Below are positions 61,079 through 64,000 of a DNA stretch of 64,000 nt, piece by piece. Position numbers and translations under genes: made by a program. The stretch comes from Prochlorococcus sp. HOT208_60m_813O14 (GTDB lineage Bacteria > Cyanobacteriota > Cyanobacteriia > PCC-6307 > Cyanobiaceae), in contig MWOO01000138.1 of NCBI GenBank assembly GCA_002025945.1, forward strand, positions 10,155-74,154. The letters are read 5' to 3'. The first letter of the stretch is position 1, and the number at the start of each line of letters is the position of its first letter. The notes beneath the pieces are model-generated. The model had not been told where the DNA came from, did not search any database, and saw only the letters and a program-made list of their open reading frames with translations.

Positions 61079-61445
61079 AATATTTCAAAAATTTCAAATT
61101 TAATATAGTTTAAAATTTAACTCTGCCTACTATGTTTTATTAAAAATTATAGAAATTAAAAATTTATTAACTAAAACAGCTATTTCATATTTTGGATGAT
61201 AAAAACTCTCTAAATGAGTATTTTATAGTTTGAATTTTTTTTGGTAATTTTTTTAAAAAACGCCTAAATGCTTTGACATAATAAAAAATCCATATCAATT
61301 ATTAATAGTTAACAAATAATATATGGATATTCAATAAATAATTATCCAAAAATAAGTAAATTAATTATTAAATATATGGATTGAGCTATGGAAATGTATT
61401 TAAACATGAATTATTGTTTAATTAATTATTAAATACAAAATTAAT

Positions 61446-61655
61446 ATGGCACTACCAGAACTTATTTATGCTCCTATAGATGGAGGAACAATACATAGAT
61501 ATGAAATTAGTGGTGGCAAGAGAAAATTTTTAAGATTTATAGGTTGTTATTTGGGTCAATGTAATTTCCACAAAAATATTGATGATGCTATTGATTACAT
61601 AAAAAATTTGAAAGAATCTCAAAAGATACAAAAAACATTAAATAAAGATACATAG
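61446..61655 (+). CDS. Small hypothetical protein, 69 aa
   Basis: ORF track; PELIYAPIDGGTIHRYEISGGKRKFLRFIGCYLGQC.F. Confidence 0.7.
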   Translation: MALPELIYAPIDGGTIHRYEISGGKRKFLRFIGCYLGQCNFHKNIDDAIDYIKNLKESQKIQKTLNKDT

Positions 61656-61798
61656 ATAAGATAGAGACTCAATATTTTTCGATAACTAGATAATTATTGC
61701 TACAAATAATAGAGAATTTTCTTTTTATAAGAAATTGATTATTTACTTGGGTTATAGTTCCGAAAGATAAACAGTCATTTAAAAAAAGAAATTAATTT

Positions 61799-63121
61799 AT
61801 GGAAAACAGACAAATTAATTTTTTTAAATCAAAAGACTTTAATACCGTTCTTAAGCCATTTAAAAAAGGAACGGTAGTAAAAATTGACTCGTTTGATATT
61901 AGAGAAAATCAAAAAGATTTAAATATAGGTTTATTTGGTTGGTATGCAATTTGTCCCTCTAAAGAACTAAAAAAAAATAAGCTATATTATTTTTCACTCT
62001 ATGATGAGCCTCTTGTTCTTTATAGAGATGAAAATAAAAACGTTAGGTGCATTAAAAATATTTGTCCACATAGAGGGGCCTCCTTTTTTGGAGGGACATT
62101 ATCAGATGGAGTAATAACCTGCCCATATCATGGAGCTAAGTTTTCATCTGGAGGAAGTTGCCAAAATCTCGACAGAATAACATGTCGCCATATAGTTGAT
62201 AATAACTACGATAACTACGCCAAAAGAATTCATTTATCTCAATACAAAACATCAGAAAAAAATGGATATATTTTTGTACATTTTTCTAAAAAATCTGAGA
62301 CTGATTTAAATAATATAAGTGAAGATACACCAATAAGTAACTACGAATTATTAGAAAATGGTTTTTTACATAAGAATTATGTCTTTGAGGAGGTATTAGT
62401 CGACTTCAAATGTGATTGGTCAAGGATTATTGAAAATCACCTAGATATACTTCATATCTTTTGGGTTCATGGCGATACAATCCCAGATAAAGATGTGAAT
62501 AAAAACGTATTAGTTAGTTTTAATCAGAAAATTAATATTAATCCCAAATACATTGAAAGTATTTATTATTACAAAAATGACCCTACAAAAGAATTTATTA
62601 GGATAAAATATATACCTCCAGGAAGGATATTAATTTACAAAGGCGATCCTTCTTCATCAAGATATTTACAAGTTTTAGATCATATCCCTCTAGGAAACAA
62701 CAAAGCAAGAGTAATAGTTAGACACTACAGGAAATTTCTACAAAATAAACTGCTTAATAATCTCTTATTATTTAAAGAGACACAAAGAAAGATTTTTTAT
62801 AAGATATTCGATGAGGATTATATGATCTTAAAAACACAAACATATAATCACGATATGGGATTTATAAGTAAGGATGAAATTAAATTATTGGGAGAAGATA
62901 GGATAATAAATTATTTTTGGAAGTGGTACAAGAAGTCTGAAGATAAAGATGAACCATGGAAAAATAATAAAAACACCCAAAATCTTGATGTATATGACAA
63001 AGTGATATTGAAATATCCTCCTGAGATAAAGAAGTTAGAAATTGCAAATAATATAGATATTATTAGAAAAACATTTGTAAGATTCGCTGCTCCACTTATA
63101 TTTTTTATGTTAATAATATAA
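61799..63121 (+). CDS. cao: Rieske non-heme iron oxygenase, probable Prochlorococcus-type chlorophyllide a oxygenase
   Basis: Rieske CPHRGA...CPYHG; mononuclear iron motif ENHLDILHIFWVH; IFDED; C-terminal hydrophobic tail. Family is certain, CAO identity is from recall. Confidence 0.7.
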   Translation: MENRQINFFKSKDFNTVLKPFKKGTVVKIDSFDIRENQKDLNIGLFGWYAICPSKELKKNKLYYFSLYDEPLVLYRDENKNVRCIKNICPHRGASFFGGTLSDGVITCPYHGAKFSSGGSCQNLDRITCRHIVDNNYDNYAKRIHLSQYKTSEKNGYIFVHFSKKSETDLNNISEDTPISNYELLENGFLHKNYVFEEVLVDFKCDWSRIIENHLDILHIFWVHGDTIPDKDVNKNVLVSFNQKININPKYIESIYYYKNDPTKEFIRIKYIPPGRILIYKGDPSSSRYLQVLDHIPLGNNKARVIVRHYRKFLQNKLLNNLLLFKETQRKIFYKIFDEDYMILKTQTYNHDMGFISKDEIKLLGEDRIINYFWKWYKKSEDKDEPWKNNKNTQNLDVYDKVILKYPPEIKKLEIANNIDIIRKTFVRFAAPLIFFMLII

Positions 63122-63124
63122 TTT

Positions 63125-63226
63125 ATGAAGAAAGTAGATAGACCTACATGGTTGAATTGGCTTTATCTCTTCATATTTGTTTTGAGCTCGATTCAATTGA
63201 TTATATTTTGGAGTAATAAGTTTTAG
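63125..63226 (+). CDS. Small membrane protein, 33 aa (MKKVDRPTWLNWLYLFIFVLSSIQLIIFWSNKF)
   Basis: Hand-translated; ATG 3 nt after the oxygenase stop and TAG overlapping the next GTG. Confidence 0.65.
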   Translation: MKKVDRPTWLNWLYLFIFVLSSIQLIIFWSNKF

Positions 63227-64000
63227 TGTTTAATAAATTTTGGTTTGACGCGCAAAATATAAATTGTTTTAAAAATGGCTTTAGAGTAATTAAAGATTTA
63301 AATTTAAAGATATCGTATTCAGAAAATGTAATATTAATTGGACCAAATGGTTCAGGTAAATCATCCCTAATTGAAATAATTAATAGAAACATATACCCAG
63401 TAGTAGCTAATGAATCGAAACTGAAGATATTTGACAAAGAACTTATAAATTTATGGGAACTAAGAAATAAAATAAGTACCGTAAATAATGATATAAAAAA
63501 TAGAATAAATCCAAATTTACAAGTTTTTGATTTAATTTTAAGTGGACTATATGGAAGATATTGTTACGTACAAAAAAAATCTGAAAGAGATTCTTACAAG
63601 GTAGAAAAAATAATGAAGAAAATGAATATTTCTAATTTATCTAAAAAGTATTTTTCCTATTTATCAGATGGAGAAAAACAAATTTCTATCATTGCAAGGG
63701 CATTAATCAAAAAACCGGAAATCTTAATCCTAGATGAACCAATTGCAAATTTAGATTATAAATCAAAGTTTTTTTTAATTGATAAGGTTAATGAATTATC
63801 AAAATTAAATACGAAAATTTTATGCGTCACTCATGATATTTCAACGATTACCAAAATTTATGACCGGGTCATAATGCTAAAAGATGGCAAAATAATAGCT
63901 GATGGAGATCAAAATAAGGTTATGAATAGTGAAAATTTTAATAAGTTATTTGGTATTCAAGTAGAGGTAACTAATAATAATGGACTTTGGAATATAAACA
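63226..64000 (+). CDS. ABC transporter ATP-binding protein (ModF/FepC-like), 3' truncated by window edge
   Basis: Hand-translated from GTG: Walker A GPNGSGKS, signature LSDGEKQ, Walker B ILILDEP, H-loop VTHD. Confidence 0.9.
   Translation, partial: MFNKFWFDAQNINCFKNGFRVIKDLNLKISYSENVILIGPNGSGKSSLIEIINRNIYPVVANESKLKIFDKELINLWELRNKISTVNNDIKNRINPNLQVFDLILSGLYGRYCYVQKKSERDSYKVEKIMKKMNISNLSKKYFSYLSDGEKQISIIARALIKKPEILILDEPIANLDYKSKFFLIDKVNELSKLNTKILCVTHDISTITKIYDRVIMLKDGKIIADGDQNKVMNSENFNKLFGIQVEVTNNNGLWNIN

Noticed and set aside
62202-62219. Tandem ATAACTACG repeat
   Set aside because: Two copies inside the oxygenase coding sequence (NYDNY); no array or CRISPR structure
1405-63437. Many short ORF-track entries overlapping real genes (e.g. 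1405-1662, 6945-7220, 19201-19689, 33521-33802, 40771-41037, 52060-52389, 55057-55533, 63201-63437)
   Set aside because: Antisense or alternate-frame shadows of well-supported genes, with no motifs of their own

Overview
AT-rich (roughly 30% GC by eye), gene-dense chromosomal segment of a marine picocyanobacterium, most likely a high-light Prochlorococcus (psb28, GUN4, PAM68, ndhP, a Prochlorococcus-type Rieske chlorophyllide a oxygenase, AT-biased proteins). Bases 1-40.5 kb are core genes: end of pyk, lspA, tadA, glnA, mnmH, secDF, pdhB, ispE, rsmA, umuDC, dnaG, ruvA, rpsO, dnaE, gatA, carA, trpD, msrA and tRNA-Pro(GGG). Bases 42-57.7 kb are a nitrogen-limitation block: a DUF1830 gene with an NtcA box, glucosylglycerate genes plus a glycerate kinase-like gene, ureABCDEFG and urtABCDE. 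Bases 57.7-61.7 kb are a low-density accessory patch full of small ORFs, including a ribbon-helix-helix-like protein flanked by AGTG-N3-CACT boxes. No transposase, integrase, CRISPR array or rRNA was seen. Reading outside the supplied ORF track recovered ndhP, a STAS gene that can only start at ATC/ATA, about ten further small proteins, a terminal ABC ATPase, and an apparent +1 frameshift in the 5' A-tracts of pam68. Family names come from recognised motifs and recall, not from database searches.
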